DNA of 64,000 bases, from assembly GCA_963920595.1 (NCBI GenBank), contig OY986948.1:4092001-4156000 (forward strand). Direction: 5' to 3'. This DNA is from Eimeria praecox (Eukaryota). Below the pieces are notes generated by a model that saw only the letters and a list, made by a program, of their open reading frames with translations, was not told the DNA's origin and ran no database searches. Position 1 is the stretch's first letter; the number at the start of each line of letters is the position of its first letter. A program made the position numbers and the translations under genes. This document shows positions 27,548 to 40,199 of the stretch, in pieces.

Positions 27548-28919
27548 GCTGCAGAGGGAGGTTTACGATCTTTATAATCAAATCTGCCACTACTGATGAG
27601 AGTATAGCAGGGTAGTGAAACCAAGCCGAATGTAGATTTGGTCGCGTGACGAACAGTAGAGCACAGCGATTCGGGTGCGTCTATTTGCGCAAATGCATGC
27701 TTTTCTCAGCAGCTATTTTGTGCGTTGTACGGATACTAGGCCAGCTGCTTGGGCCGTCATTTTTCTGGAATCGTGGCTGTAATCCCCGCTGGCGGTCAGA
27801 TCCCTTACCATGTGAGGGAACGCGCGGTGGCCTGTACAGCAGTTCATAGGGAGCATAAACGTAGCAGATCTCGTTTGCGCTGGGCTAGCAGTGTTGACAC
27901 TTAGTGGAGTATATATGCACTTGAAGAGGGATGGTGGGGACTCCCTGTCAAGTGTATTTGTGCCTGCGTTGGTATCTTGCAAGACTGTCGACGGCGGACG
28001 GTTTCTGGGGTGGGGAATTTCGTCTTCCCCCCTAGATGCTGTTGACTGCTTGCTTTTTATCGCCTTAGCATACAGAAAACTTAAGGGAACAATCCAAATA
28101 GTAGTAGATGGGAGATCGTGCAACACACGGCTCCGCACGCACATCAACGCAAGGCCTGGATGGCTGTATGTAGGCATGTGTGGGAGGGAGAGCGTCAGAA
28201 AAACATGACCTTCTCAAACACTCTTTCTCTCCAGTTAGTATATAATTGATGCTAAATAGGTATTGCCGCGAGCCACAAAAACGTGCAGAGTACATATGAG
28301 CTCTGCTGAGAATTGTGCATGGCCTGCGAAGACCTTAGGTCATTACAAGGGGTATTCCAGAAGTGATTGTCGAAGCCACTGCCTAAAACTAAGTAGAGGG
28401 AAGTTCAACTTACTAAGCAATAAGCCCTAGCATTTTCCTTCACAACTGATGTTTTAAAGGCTGGTTGTGGACCGACGCGGGATGCACCTGCAGCAGCCCA
28501 TGCGCAGTTGTGACCTACACAACTGCGCATCAAATAATCGTAAAGAGATGCATTTTCTCCCACATGATTTCGTTCAGTTGGGCGGGGACGCATTGGGAGT
28601 CCCATATCAAGCTGCTGCTGCTGCAATACAATGGATACACGCTGCTATCCCTTTTTGCTGTCTCCCAGGTTACGATGCTTTGAACAGTAGTGAAGTATTC
28701 GGTATTCATAATGAAAGATGCGCGTGCTGCCGAAATTTAGTAGTGGTGAGGATCTAACCAACAGGGGTGTTCGACAGTTACTTCTTGGCAAAGCAGCTTG
28801 GTCTTAGTGGATCTGTGTGCGTTGCGAGGTACCCAGGATTGGAAGCATCGCACGAAGGTCCTAGCCAGCTACTGCTACTGTTGGCCAGCCACACGCTGTG
28901 GGGGGGCATCTGTTTTTCG

Positions 28920-31050
28920 TTCTCTAATTAGTGCGTTGACCTGCGTTATAATTTAACCCCCAAACTTTGGGGGTGCACCAAACTACAAACCCCCTTGCGT
29001 GTTAGTGCGACTGATGGACACACCTAAGCTTCCGCTTAATCCTCACGCAAAAAGGCCGAGGACGGGCGAACTGAGGGAGACTGACGTCCTAGATACACGT
29101 GTAAGGGCACCAAAGCCACGCAGAATGTGAACATTATGTAAATTGGCCAGGAACCCGGCAACTGAAGTGCATGCTTCTTTAGACACCACGGCAGTGACCA
29201 CAAGCTTGGCCATAACACGCCGCAGCTTGATTTTATATCCCTTATGGATCAAGGCCATTCGGGCATTTGCTGTGTGACAGGGAAAGGGGCGAGCCAGTGG
29301 CTTTACACCTATTTGCTCTCTCTTCTTCGTTAGTTTGATCATGCGCCTCCCCTCTAACAGCAGCTAGCTCAGCAGGTCAGCTAACGGCATGTTCATTCTT
29401 GCATACTTCGGGCCTGTTCCCCCGCTTATGACCGGTCCGATCCCTCGCATTAGCAACACGACTAACCTCTTCGATGCCGGCTGCTTCCCAATATTTGAAT
29501 TGGTTAGGATGCTCCCTTGAAAGTGCGGCTCCCAACCGATTCATGCTGAAGGGGCAGCGTTAGCTGGGCAGCCGTTCACGCCCGTAAACATGCCTGAGCC
29601 AGCCATTTGCTGTCAGCAGGAGCAGCTGCAGGTACCTGCTGCGGCTCATACGCAGGTTTTCTTCCCCTTTACTCCTTTTCTACAAGGCGGCAACCTGACC
29701 GCCCTTCTTTCCACTAGCAAAACTGCCCTAACCTACTTTCCTCAGGCAGCGAGGCACACGAAAGCGTGCATTGTTTGAAGGAGCTGAGGGAACGAATTCA
29801 GTAGGGCCTCTCACAAGTAGGCGCAAGCATCCATATTTGTGTTCCCTCTACTTGCTGCAAAGCCACGCAAAAAGTTTCACCAATCGACTACACTGCTAGG
29901 ACATCCATCGTAATGAAGCTTGGGGATGTGAGAACGTGGGGCTGCCACAGAGGCAATGAGAGCTGTATCGCAGAGCAAGCTGCTCTGGTCTTTGAATTGG
30001 CCTCGGGGCCCTGGGTTACTCTGATCAGAATGCCTAGAGGCCAGAGGAGAGGAGCTGCTTTGGGGGAAACTGCTAAGCGTAGTGCTTTTACTCTGTTGCA
30101 GGTCATGACGATTCTGCACCGAGGCCGGCTCGCGCTCACACTGGCCCATACTGTTCTAGATGCTGCCACAGTTGCCGCTAATCCTGGGCAGCTGCCAGAG
30201 CCTAGCCTGCTGGAAGGTTAGCTCTTTTTCCTATTTCATGTACTTTTTGTCCTTATTCTTCGACTTACTGCCTCTCAGCACCATGAAGGAGTTAAATCTG
30301 CTACATCTGTGAGCAACGGTTGCTGCTCGGCTGTGCCCTTTCACCATTATGCATGCTTGACGAGTAAGTTTCCACTGAAGGAATAAAGTTACAAGTGCTG
30401 CTGAAGACCTAGCCCACTCCCCGACGGGGACTGCCCCACGTTTGTCATATTAGTTATGCTTAGTGAATTAGTTTCGGCGGAAGGCCCACGCTGAAGCGCG
30501 ACCTTTTCTGCACCAGATGAAACCAATCTCTACCTCTTTTGCGTGGTATATTGGAGGCGCCCCTTTATTGGGTGCCTAGAATGTGCGCGTGCTCTCCCGT
30601 GAGCACATGCATAAAGGCCCTGAAACATAAATTCTGAGTGGCTGGGGAGATGGCGTAGGAAATTATAGGGCTGAGCTCCCCTCACGTTGCCTTTCCCTTT
30701 ACGCTATATGCATTTGTGGCGGCGATATGCAGCTAATTGCCGAATGGAGCTGTGTCTTAGCGAGCATAAACCACATAAACTCCTAAAAAATACTCTTGGA
30801 TCATCCGTAAGCAGTATGAAGTCACTTCCCCCTTTAGCTCTGAACGTAGTGCGACGATTCTTTTGGGGGGTTTGAAAAGCGCAAGTTATCCATTCCTCCT
30901 GCTTAACAGCTTTCAGGTGGGTGCACACGAAGTACTGCTCAGCGAGTTTATTGTATGCACGGGGTACGGACGGATTGGAAGGAGACAAGTAGCTACAGGT
31001 GGTAAGAAGGGGTTTCAAAGTCTCCTCTCTCTCGAGTCTCCCGTGGCACC
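28920..31050 (-). mobile_element. Highly deleted gypsy element G: gag, RT remnants, spacer module, integrase, chromodomain-like end
   Basis: GGSDFILLTDDPRV matches gag GEYDQMMEDPRV in A. RLVKLFAW is integrase zinc-finger-like (~29870). ALQLPGSWPIYIMF resembles the post-GPF YxLxLPxxWxIHxVFHV (~29130-29175). Module-like sequence at 29920-30225. Confidence 0.6.
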
Positions 31051-31440
31051 AACTTGCTTTGCACGAGACCGTAAGCTGTTAACGCGCTTTACTTAAAAGT
31101 GATCCATGGGCTACTCGGGCGTGAAGACGACGAAGCCAGACTAAGCTTGGCAAAAAGGCTACAACGATCGGACATGCAAGCGCTCCAAACTGGCAATTAA
31201 GTGAAAATCTGGATCATTGTGAGGCATGCAGGAGCCAAGGGGATGCATCGGCATGTAAAAGCAGCAACAGCAACAGCTGGTGTTTGCATGCCTTTGCGCT
31301 CAGGGGCACTAATGGCAGCGGAAACCATCTCCCCCACAATGCGATAATGCGAGAGGGAGTCCCGGAAGGCGCAGCATCCGTATTTAAGTAATTTGGGATT
31401 TTCTAGAAAACTGCAGGCTTTGTTGACCCTAGAAGATGTC

Positions 31441-32664
31441 CTAAGGAGACGGAAGAGTAGCAGCAGCAGGCTCGAGGCTCCTTTGCCGGTGGTCCTGATC
31501 CTCAGCCCTTAGGAAAGCTATCTGCCGCTGCTGCTGCTGCATCACCTGCTGCAGCCGAGAAACCTCCTGCTGCAACCTGCGGGCAAGAGGCATCGGCAGC
31601 ATGAGAACGTCTTCCTGCGTCCTCATTTTGCTGCTTAGCAGTACACTATAGAGATGCACTGCGTCTGAGAAAGACCCTTCGTGAGTCATAGTAAGCTCGC
31701 CTATGTAGCTTCTCTTCCTGCTGCCTGTACCTCAGCGAGGTTAGAAAGAGCCGCTGCTTGACGTGCTGCGCTTCTTTTCCATTTGCAAGCCTCACTCCGA
31801 CTGCCTGCAACAAATGTATACACCAGCCACATGAGCCGGTAAAATGCACTGCCCATGCTTTTAATTCCTGAAAATGCTGCTCGTGCGGCGTGTAATGCCA
31901 CTCTTAAAGCCCCGTGCGAAACCGGTTAGTCCCAATACAATATGGTATCAACGCATTCTGAGTAAACAGCCACAGGGATACACTGGGCTCACGAAACTCT
32001 GCCAGGCGACCTAGGGAATTATGCCAATCTAAAGAGGCATGCAGATCAGCATATGCCTAGAGCTAAAGTGTTGAGTACGATGAACCGAAAGTCAAAAGGC
32101 TGAAAAGCGTAATTAACAAACAAATGGTCGGTGAGAGCTCAGCAGTGATTTCGCGAAGGCAACGACGGACAGCAAGCTGCCGATGTTCCAACGTTTTCGC
32201 CTTAGCTGCTACAGTCTGCAGCAAGGCAGAGGCTTCTTTATCCAGAGTCTGACAACCTGAAAGTAGTAGGGGCCATGCGCTGCACTGCATTGCATTGGTG
32301 GCTGCGCTTAACTGAACAAAAGGTGCAGGGCTTGCGACGGTATTCAACCCATCACACAGACGTAATTACTTTTGGCCAATTAGGTGTTAGCAGAATTCTT
32401 GTAAGGGCTTGCCCCACTGAGTGGATAGCATATGAGTTTTACCTAATTTTCGTTCCCTCAGCTGGACACGTATAAAGTATAGGCTCTAAGTTCTTATTTG
32501 CTTTGAAGGAACATAGAGTTTTGGGCTACGTCACTGAAATATTATGTGGAGCAATGGGGAAGGCAGGGAGAGCTTGACACAGCCGGCTCACTCAGTAAGA
32601 GCTCATTGACATGCAGCTGAAGGCAATGGCTGCCGTCTGCCTTAAGGTTGCAAAGAAGGTCCAT
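31441..32664 (-). CDS. IFT20-like small coiled-coil protein, ~132 aa (exons 32664-32592, 32256-32171, 31804-31701, 31576-31441)
   Basis: Phase-consistent splicing gives ...ELLLSCQTLDKEASALLQTVAAKAKTLEHRQLA|AVGVRL...EEKLHR|LQQEVSRLQQVMQQQQRQIAFL. Its size and pattern resemble IFT20 (AKEAENEKMKAIGARN...). Family assignment is by eye. Confidence 0.55.
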
Positions 32665-33574
32665 TGAATCAGCCTTTCTATTGGTTTGTGGAAATAATAA
32701 TATCTGCGCCCGCTGCTGGATTCAGAGATCGCAATCAGCATAGACGACAAGCTGCAGATGTTTGGGTGAGAACATGAACACGCGACTGAGACGTCGAGTG
32801 GCAGCGTCGGCGGCACTTGAACACCTCCTCTCCTTTAGACTATATATCCACGCACTCTGAGGAATAGTCTATTAACACTAATATGGGGACACTTCAGCTA
32901 TCTTTTATCCCTATAACTGTGGCTATTTTGACAGTGCGATCTCCGGAAAGGGGTCGGTCGAGTTCCACTCGCATGCAGACCCGCCTGGCCGACCAGCAGA
33001 AAGGCAAGCAATGCTGCGCAAGTAACTTTCTGAGCTTAGAGGAATATTGGCGTGAACTTTTGAATAAAATGGAAACAACCAGACAGAAAAAAATGATGAT
33101 TTCGGCGCATGGCTAGAATGGTCTATCACCGGACCGCCCGCATCGCCGGAGTCAAGTCCCCCGAACTAAGGCGTCTTTTCAAGCCTAAAGATAACGCGAT
33201 TTCTTCTTCAGTTTAGACTTTTATTTTTATCTAATCTACTCCAAAAGGCTCCGCAGGAAGCCCTCCTGAGCTATACTGACACTCCAGCAAGACCCCAAAC
33301 CGGAGCATAAGCCTTCACCAGCACACAGAAGTAACATCCTGCTTAAAACCTCATCGAAGCTGCCCCCTTCGCTGAGTGACTCGAACAAAGCTCCGGACTG
33401 CCACTTGGAGAAATTATAGTGAGGGGCGTAGGCGAAGGTCAACTCATGTAGGCGCTGGGTGCTGCTCCTCCTTTCGCACGGCTGCGGCTGCAGCTACTGC
33501 TGCTGCTACTGGAGGCATTCAGTGCTGCTTTTGCCGCTATTGATTCGCGATGAGGTCTGGTAGGGAGGTTGAAG

Positions 33575-34640
33575 ATGTTACTCGTGGGCCTCGGGGCTGC
33601 TATTGCAGCAGGCGCGGCATTTGTTTTGCCGTTGCTGCTCTATTACCACTTCGTTGACAGGAGAAAGAGCACTCCGATTGCGGCTCTTTCCTTCTGCAGT
33701 ACACTCACGCTTGCTCTTCTTTTGGCCCTCCTCGTGCCCATAGATATCATGCAAGCGTCCACAGCCAACTCTGATGCCATCCAGAAGGCAGAGGCCTCTC
33801 AAGAACTGCAGCAGGCGCCTTCCGTGGCTGAAGCTGCTGCTGCAGCTCATGCATCCAACACCGCAGCAGCAGCCTTTACCCCTGCGGGAGCAGCAGCAGC
33901 AGCTGCTGCTGCTGCTGGCTGGGCAGCACTTAGAAAGGCCGCGCTTCCCCTCACTCCTGAGGCATTGCAGCAGCTGTACCTTTGTCTTGGCATTGCTGTC
34001 TTCTTCTGCTGCTTTATACTTACGCCTGCAGCTATCTTCTATGCCAATGAGAGTGACAGGAGGCAGGTAAAATGCGGTATTACTAGTACAATATTTGCAT
34101 AGCAGTGTTTTCCCGGGTCTATGAGCAGCGCTGTTCATGTTATGGCCGTAAGCTATTCGCATTCCGTCACTCCTGATAAGAGAATCAGTTAAACAAAAGC
34201 ATTGCACGCCCAAGTAAAGACCACAGATACGATCAAATGCGCAGGCAATTGCAGTGGCAAGCAGGGACACCCGAAAAAAATTGGGGTAGAAATACATTTA
34301 CGGGAGCTGTAACTGGTGGAGATTCAGCACAATGCCTCTCCTGTGTATAAGGATAGCTTTTCTGTAGCATTTGGCATTTGGTATCATTGCGTGAAGTAAT
34401 CAATATATATATGATGTATCATAAAGAGACTGTTCAGGGTTAAGGATGCCCGCTTTGCTGCCGATCGTAATACTCCGCGCATAACCTTAAGGGCTGTTTA
34501 TTGCCCGGCTCTGCCGCCTCAGTGTAGCTTCGTTGCTATTGCTGCTGCACTTGATGCGTACACCTGATTGCTCCGTACACTTTCTAGACACTGCGGATGT
34601 TTTGTTCTGTATATGCATACGCATACGCAATCTAGGTGGA

Positions 34641-34718
<78 letters not shown>

Positions 34719-37700
34719 TTGTATTTGTATGCACACACAAAGTATAGATGGTGTGCAACTACTTTGTGTTTTTGCATGCACGGTATTACAGACAAGAAGC
34801 TGCGTAGGCGTGTGCTTGCCCTGCCAGTTGCAGGACATCGACGAGGTTGAGGTGCTCTCCTGTGGGGCCTCTTTTGCGGCGCTGAAGAAGACAGTCTTAT
34901 TTGTCGTGGCTGCGTGCGTGTTGTTGCTGCTGCTGCTGGCAGTGAGGCCTGGCATGCCTCCCCCAGCCTTTTTAAGGCCTGAGGAGGCCCGTGGGCCTCA
35001 GGAGCAACTGCAGCAGCAGCAGCAACAGCACCAGAAAGGAAATCCTGCAGAAGGCCCTGCCGGCCTCATGGCAGCAGCAGCAGCAGCGGCTTCTGCGGCT
35101 GCGGCCACGGCCAGTGCAGCAGCAGCAGCAGCAGCGGCGGCGGCACAACGCGTCGACTCTGATGCTGTGCAGCTGTACACGGCTCAGCTTCTGGGGGTAC
35201 ACAAGACAGGCGTGGACTCTCTGCTGTATTTAGGCGCTTGTTTCCTTTGTGGAGGTGAGGCTTACTTCACATTCATGGATAAACACTTCCAGACACTGAG
35301 ACGAGAAGGCATTAGTATGCAGACACGTAAAAAGACACATAAAGTCATAAAGCCGTAAAGACAAAAAGTAACGTGAAGGCATGAAAATACAGAGACCTAC
35401 AGACATAAGATAAGCACGAGATGAACGCGAAGGTGTGGAAGTGTAGGAATGCACATGGAGGTATCTGGAGATGGCACCACACACAGATATGAATGCACAG
35501 AGAAATGAAAGCGCGCGGGCACAAATAAGATATGAAGCTGTAAGAATATTTATAGATATGAAAGCACACCGAGGCATTGACAAGCAGATGAAAGTGTAAT
35601 AGAGCAGCAAATACACACATAGTGGCACATAGTGACGGAAACACATCTGCACAAACCTTGGCACCCACGTCAAGGGACAAGAACACTGGTAGGTGCAGAC
35701 AAACAAATCTAAATTCGCATGCATTGTTCTGACGGTAATGCTGTTTGACGCGCTTGCCACTGCCTTGTGTTTGGTTTTGCTGCTTCTCGGTATTGCTGCA
35801 ACAGCACAGGGGGTGTGGATCATTTTCGGTGCCTTTGGCTTGGCCTGCCTGCCTTTGGCCTGGATGCAGCGTCGTCCTTCTACTGAGCAGAAGCAGCAGC
35901 AGTTGCAACACGCAATAGCATCAATACGGGAACAGCAGCGCTTGCTTCAGGTGGGCTGTGGGACAGCAGACACGCAAATACCCATGTCACCGAGTTAATG
36001 ACAAGCACGCTTAGCTTATTGGAGGTCATGGAAGTACTTGTATATGAGAACTTTCACGTTACCAGCACTGGGCTTGTGCATGGCTTAGAGCTGCAAACTT
36101 CTTCTGGCAAGCCCTTTGCTGTGCAATTAGCTCCTAGTATGCAGGATGCTGAACTATCAAGTAGTCAAGGGAAGCCCGGGGAAAATTATTAGATTGGATC
36201 CAGGTTGTGTGCGGCCCTTCAGTCGCATGCAAGCTTGGCAGTTCGTATAATTTAGGAGAGGCTCTAAATTGAAGTTCAGATGGTGGTCAGATGGTGTTTT
36301 TGTGCATTATGAGGTTTATAGATCGTTGTATTATTTAGCTTTGCTCCTAACTACTTCGCAGCTTTTTCACCCACTGCTGTGATTATTAGTGAGATGGCAT
36401 TACTGGACCATACCAGATTTTATGGTAAAGAACTTAAATTTAGGCTGTCAATCACATGTCAAGCCTAATCGCAATCCTTGGTCATACATGCGGTGAGAAA
36501 TTAGAGCAAGGCATAAGAGAAAGGACCAAACTGTACTGCAGGACTTAGCAAGAAAAGTGCACTTCGTCATTCTGCACTACATAGCAAGGATAGATTCATG
36601 CTAACGCACACTGGAGAAAGGAGTTGACCTGGTGGTGTATACTTCAAAATGATGCAAGCTAGCTAAAGCAATGACCGGAGAGCGGCTTTGTTACTTCATG
36701 CCTCGGTTTGTGTTTATACTGTAAGGTGCCCATAGCGACGCTTCATGCATTTCCTACAATTTGTGTGGAAGTAAGGTGAGAACTGATTTATTTTGGGGAA
36801 GGCGTTCCGGTTAAGTGACCTCTAGGTTTCGTCAAGCCGCTAAAGCACAGGCGGCTAGAGACATATAAGCAGATATGCATGCATATGCACGTACTGGTTT
36901 GCATATCCTTATGTAGAGTATATTATATACATACATATGTATATATACATACATATGTATATATACATACAGAGGGAGAGAGAGGCACAGGCAACTGCAA
37001 GCGAAGGGATACATACACAGGGGGAATGAATGGCAAAGAGGCACAGAATCAGACAGCTGCAAAGGCAAGCATGAATACACCCGTAGGAACAACCAAAGGG
37101 AAGGCTACGTGATGAGTACGGGATCGGCGCGAGGATTTACCGCTTGTCTCCTGCCGTGAGGCATGGAACTCCTATTGCCACTTAATCCCATGGACTACCT
37201 TTCTTCAACGCTTCCTTGCGCTTGAATTCTCCTGCAGAACAAATATGCTGGCGGTCGCCAAATGAGCCCTTTAGATGCTGAGACGTTCCAGCAGCTACGC
37301 GCGCAACAGCGTATCTGCAGCGAGAAGAAGTACAAGCTACAGGTAAGGGTTCTGTTTGAACAGCACCGTGCTGTACTTGCTTGTAACGATTTTCCGTAAG
37401 CGTGTACTTACTGCTTCTTATGTTCCATGCCGAATGGTGGTTGATCGAAAATGGGCTGTCCACTGGTGATTAACTATCTCGAATAATGCCTGGCTATTTT
37501 TAGGCTCAATTACCCTAGTACCTAGTTTATGATGTTTATTGAATGGTGAATGCATTTAGTAGCATTTGATGATGCTCACTTATGTTTACTCCTGTTTAAT
37601 TCACAACATTGGCGCTTGGCAACACTTAGCTATCGCGAGCTGCATTATTACCCCGCCGTCTGCCCGCTAACTTTATGGTCCTGCTGCAGCAGGGATGGCC

Positions 37701-40199
37701 TTTAACGCTAGAGAAGCTGCGGAGAGGAGGGAATGGGTTTCCTTCCTCTCCGCAGCTTCTTTAGCGGAGAGGAGGGAATGGGTTTGGCTGTAGGCTTTAA
37801 GCCTCCGTTTTAGAGTCGGGAGGTGCTTGTGCGACGCAGGAGGCAGAAGAGAGGACCCGCTCAGCTTATTCGGTGTTCTGTCGTTTGCTTCTGCCCTTTC
37901 GGCAGACCTTGGGTTTGCTGCTGCTCCTCCTGCTGCTCCTGCTGCTGATATCTTTGGGCACAGTCCTTGTAAGGCGGCTGGAGGCTTCTGCGTGCGGCTG
38001 GCGATGCGGCTTCGCAGCCCCCAGCACTGACGGCCCTCCAACGCCTGCAGATGCAATTCTGCTGTTTCTTTCTTCAGTACGTGGGGTTTTTCCGTAAACT
38101 CAGCTGTTTGCGTGTGCCTCTTGCTTGTACTACACCATAAACGAAGCGAATTACCCAACTGAAACAGAGGGCAAAAGCGCTGGAATTTCACCGTACATTG
38201 CGCTGCTGTGGTGTGACGCAGTTTCCTCCTGCGGACCTAGGACTGGTTTGCTGCTGGCTGCTGTTGCTGCTTCTGGGGGGTTTGTACGGCCTGCTGCGGC
38301 TGCTGCCCCTTTGCACAGCCAGGCACAAGAGACTTCGCGAATGGCAGCGGCACGTCAGTGTCAAAGGAGGGTCAAGTTCCCCCCAGGTCGGCCTGAAATG
38401 CAGTCCTGCTGTGTGCTGCTGTGGTAGAAACAAACAGCAGGACCGCTGCAAAAGGTCTGGTAGCAACAGAGAGAAACAGCAACAGAGACAGCATTAGCAG
38501 CAACAGCGGCACAGGCACAAGCGGCAGCATTAGCAGCAGGTTCACTGGGAATATAGCCGGAGGATATCCATGCTCTGTGAACGAGAGATGCTCGCGCGTA
38601 TGGGGCTGGACGTAAGGCGATGGCACCACAGCTGCTGCCGGGATGCGATGCAGGTGCTGCTGCTCATGTCTTCGCTGCTTGCGCACCTCATCCTGGCTGC
38701 GGGTCTTTGCCTCTTTACGGTACGTCCTCTTCTTTTATGCTCTTCTTGCTGCCACAGCTTGCGCTGCATTTGTTTCTCCGTTTAGTTGTTTCCGCTGCTG
38801 CTGCTGTTGCGGCTGCCTCCACTGCTGCTGCCGTTTCGCATAGCTGCTACTGCCGTTGCGAGCTTTCATTCACTTCAGCTAGTGCTACTGCTGCTGCTGA
38901 GCATCTGGGCACCTCAGGAAAGCTTCATAGTTAAGCAGAGCGGGTTCCATTTGCTTTGTCTTCCTCTCAGGCTGCGCCTCAGTATGCCTCCTTCGGCAAC
39001 CAAACCTTTGTCCCGCAAGTGGGCCGCCTGGTGCAACTGAACCCTTTAGCCGCTAGTTAGCTAATCCGGACAACTAGCTTATCAGGCTAGCGAGTCTATC
39101 TATATAGTTGTTTAAGATATCTGGCGACCCGCGCTAACCGGTTATCGTAGGCACCTAGCTATCCAACCTAAGTAGCTGGTCGAGCTGGCTAGCCTGTGTA
39201 ATCAACCAGCGGACCAGTAGAACTACGGGACACGGTGAGAAGTGTCTCGAATCCCTTGAGAGCATCTTGAGTCCCTGTTTACTTGCTGTGGGTGAGTGTG
39301 TGTATGCTGCTGGTGCTGCTGCAGAACGGGTCGGATGCCATAACGTGTTCGCTGCATGCAGCAGCAGCGGGCACCTCTTGTCGCCTCACTGTGTTTGCTG
39401 CTGCTCTTTCTCGAGTGGCATTCGGTGAGCAGAGCTGCACCAACACCGTCTTCGACTTGCTGGAGTTGCCTGCAGAACTTGGGTTCATTGCTGTAGGGAT
39501 ATACTAGGTTGGATACGGGTGGGCTGTGCGTGTCTTGATTGGTGCAGCGACCCCTTTGCTCGCCTCGCTGCTATACTGCAGCAACTGGTGCTTCCTCAGT
39601 AAGCCGCCTTCGGGATGAAACACAACGTTTAGGGTTTACAAGTTAATAATTTGTCTAGTTAATAATTTCTCTCGGGTTTGCTTTTTCATGCACAGTCCAG
39701 CTCCTCGAAGAGTTCCTTTGGTTTCGAGCAAGGAGGCCCACTGCTTTACCCTTGAAAAGCGTGCTCGTACTCATTAATTCTTGCTCATATATATATGTAG
39801 ATAGATAGATATGCATTTTACGCATGTGCATAATGCAACTGCATTATATACATACATCAATATGCACATGGACAAACCCTCGGGCGTATGAGTAGCTAGT
39901 AATTGGTATTTCCAATAAATGACTATAAGCATTAAGTAACATAATGCGCGGTTGATGCATATGCCAATGCATTTATTTATACGCATGCCAACTAACTGCT
40001 TTGTTGTGCCTTTACCGCAGTGGGGGTCCTGTTGTGTTTGGTTTATGTAGCCGCTTGGCAGCGAGCGGTGACCCCGCATTCAAGCGCGTGGGACTCTCAG
40101 CAGCACCGAACAGCAACAGGAGCAGCAGGGAGAGACGCAGCAGGTGATCTAGACGACTTAGCAGTGGTGGATGAGTCCTCCCGGCTGATTGGTGTGTAA
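33575..40199 (+). CDS. LMBR1-family multi-pass membrane protein (LMBRD1-like)
   Basis: About ten GT-AG exons with family-like segments LLVPIDI, FILTPAAIFY, AFGLACLP, FPPADL, APQYASFGNQ and YCSNWCFL. About nine hydrophobic helices. Stop at 40197-40199. Confidence 0.85.
34642..34714. repeat. (TA)n microsatellite, intronic
   Basis: Directly visible. Confidence 0.97.

Noticed and set aside
33236..33442. Minus-strand ORF (TFAYAPHYNFSKW...)
   Set aside because: No in-frame ATG or recognisable family; probably UTR or promoter sequence.
37693..37737. Extra LMBR1 exon (MAFNAREAAERREW)
   Set aside because: The flanking exons already join in phase, and the segment overlaps the hairpin triplication.
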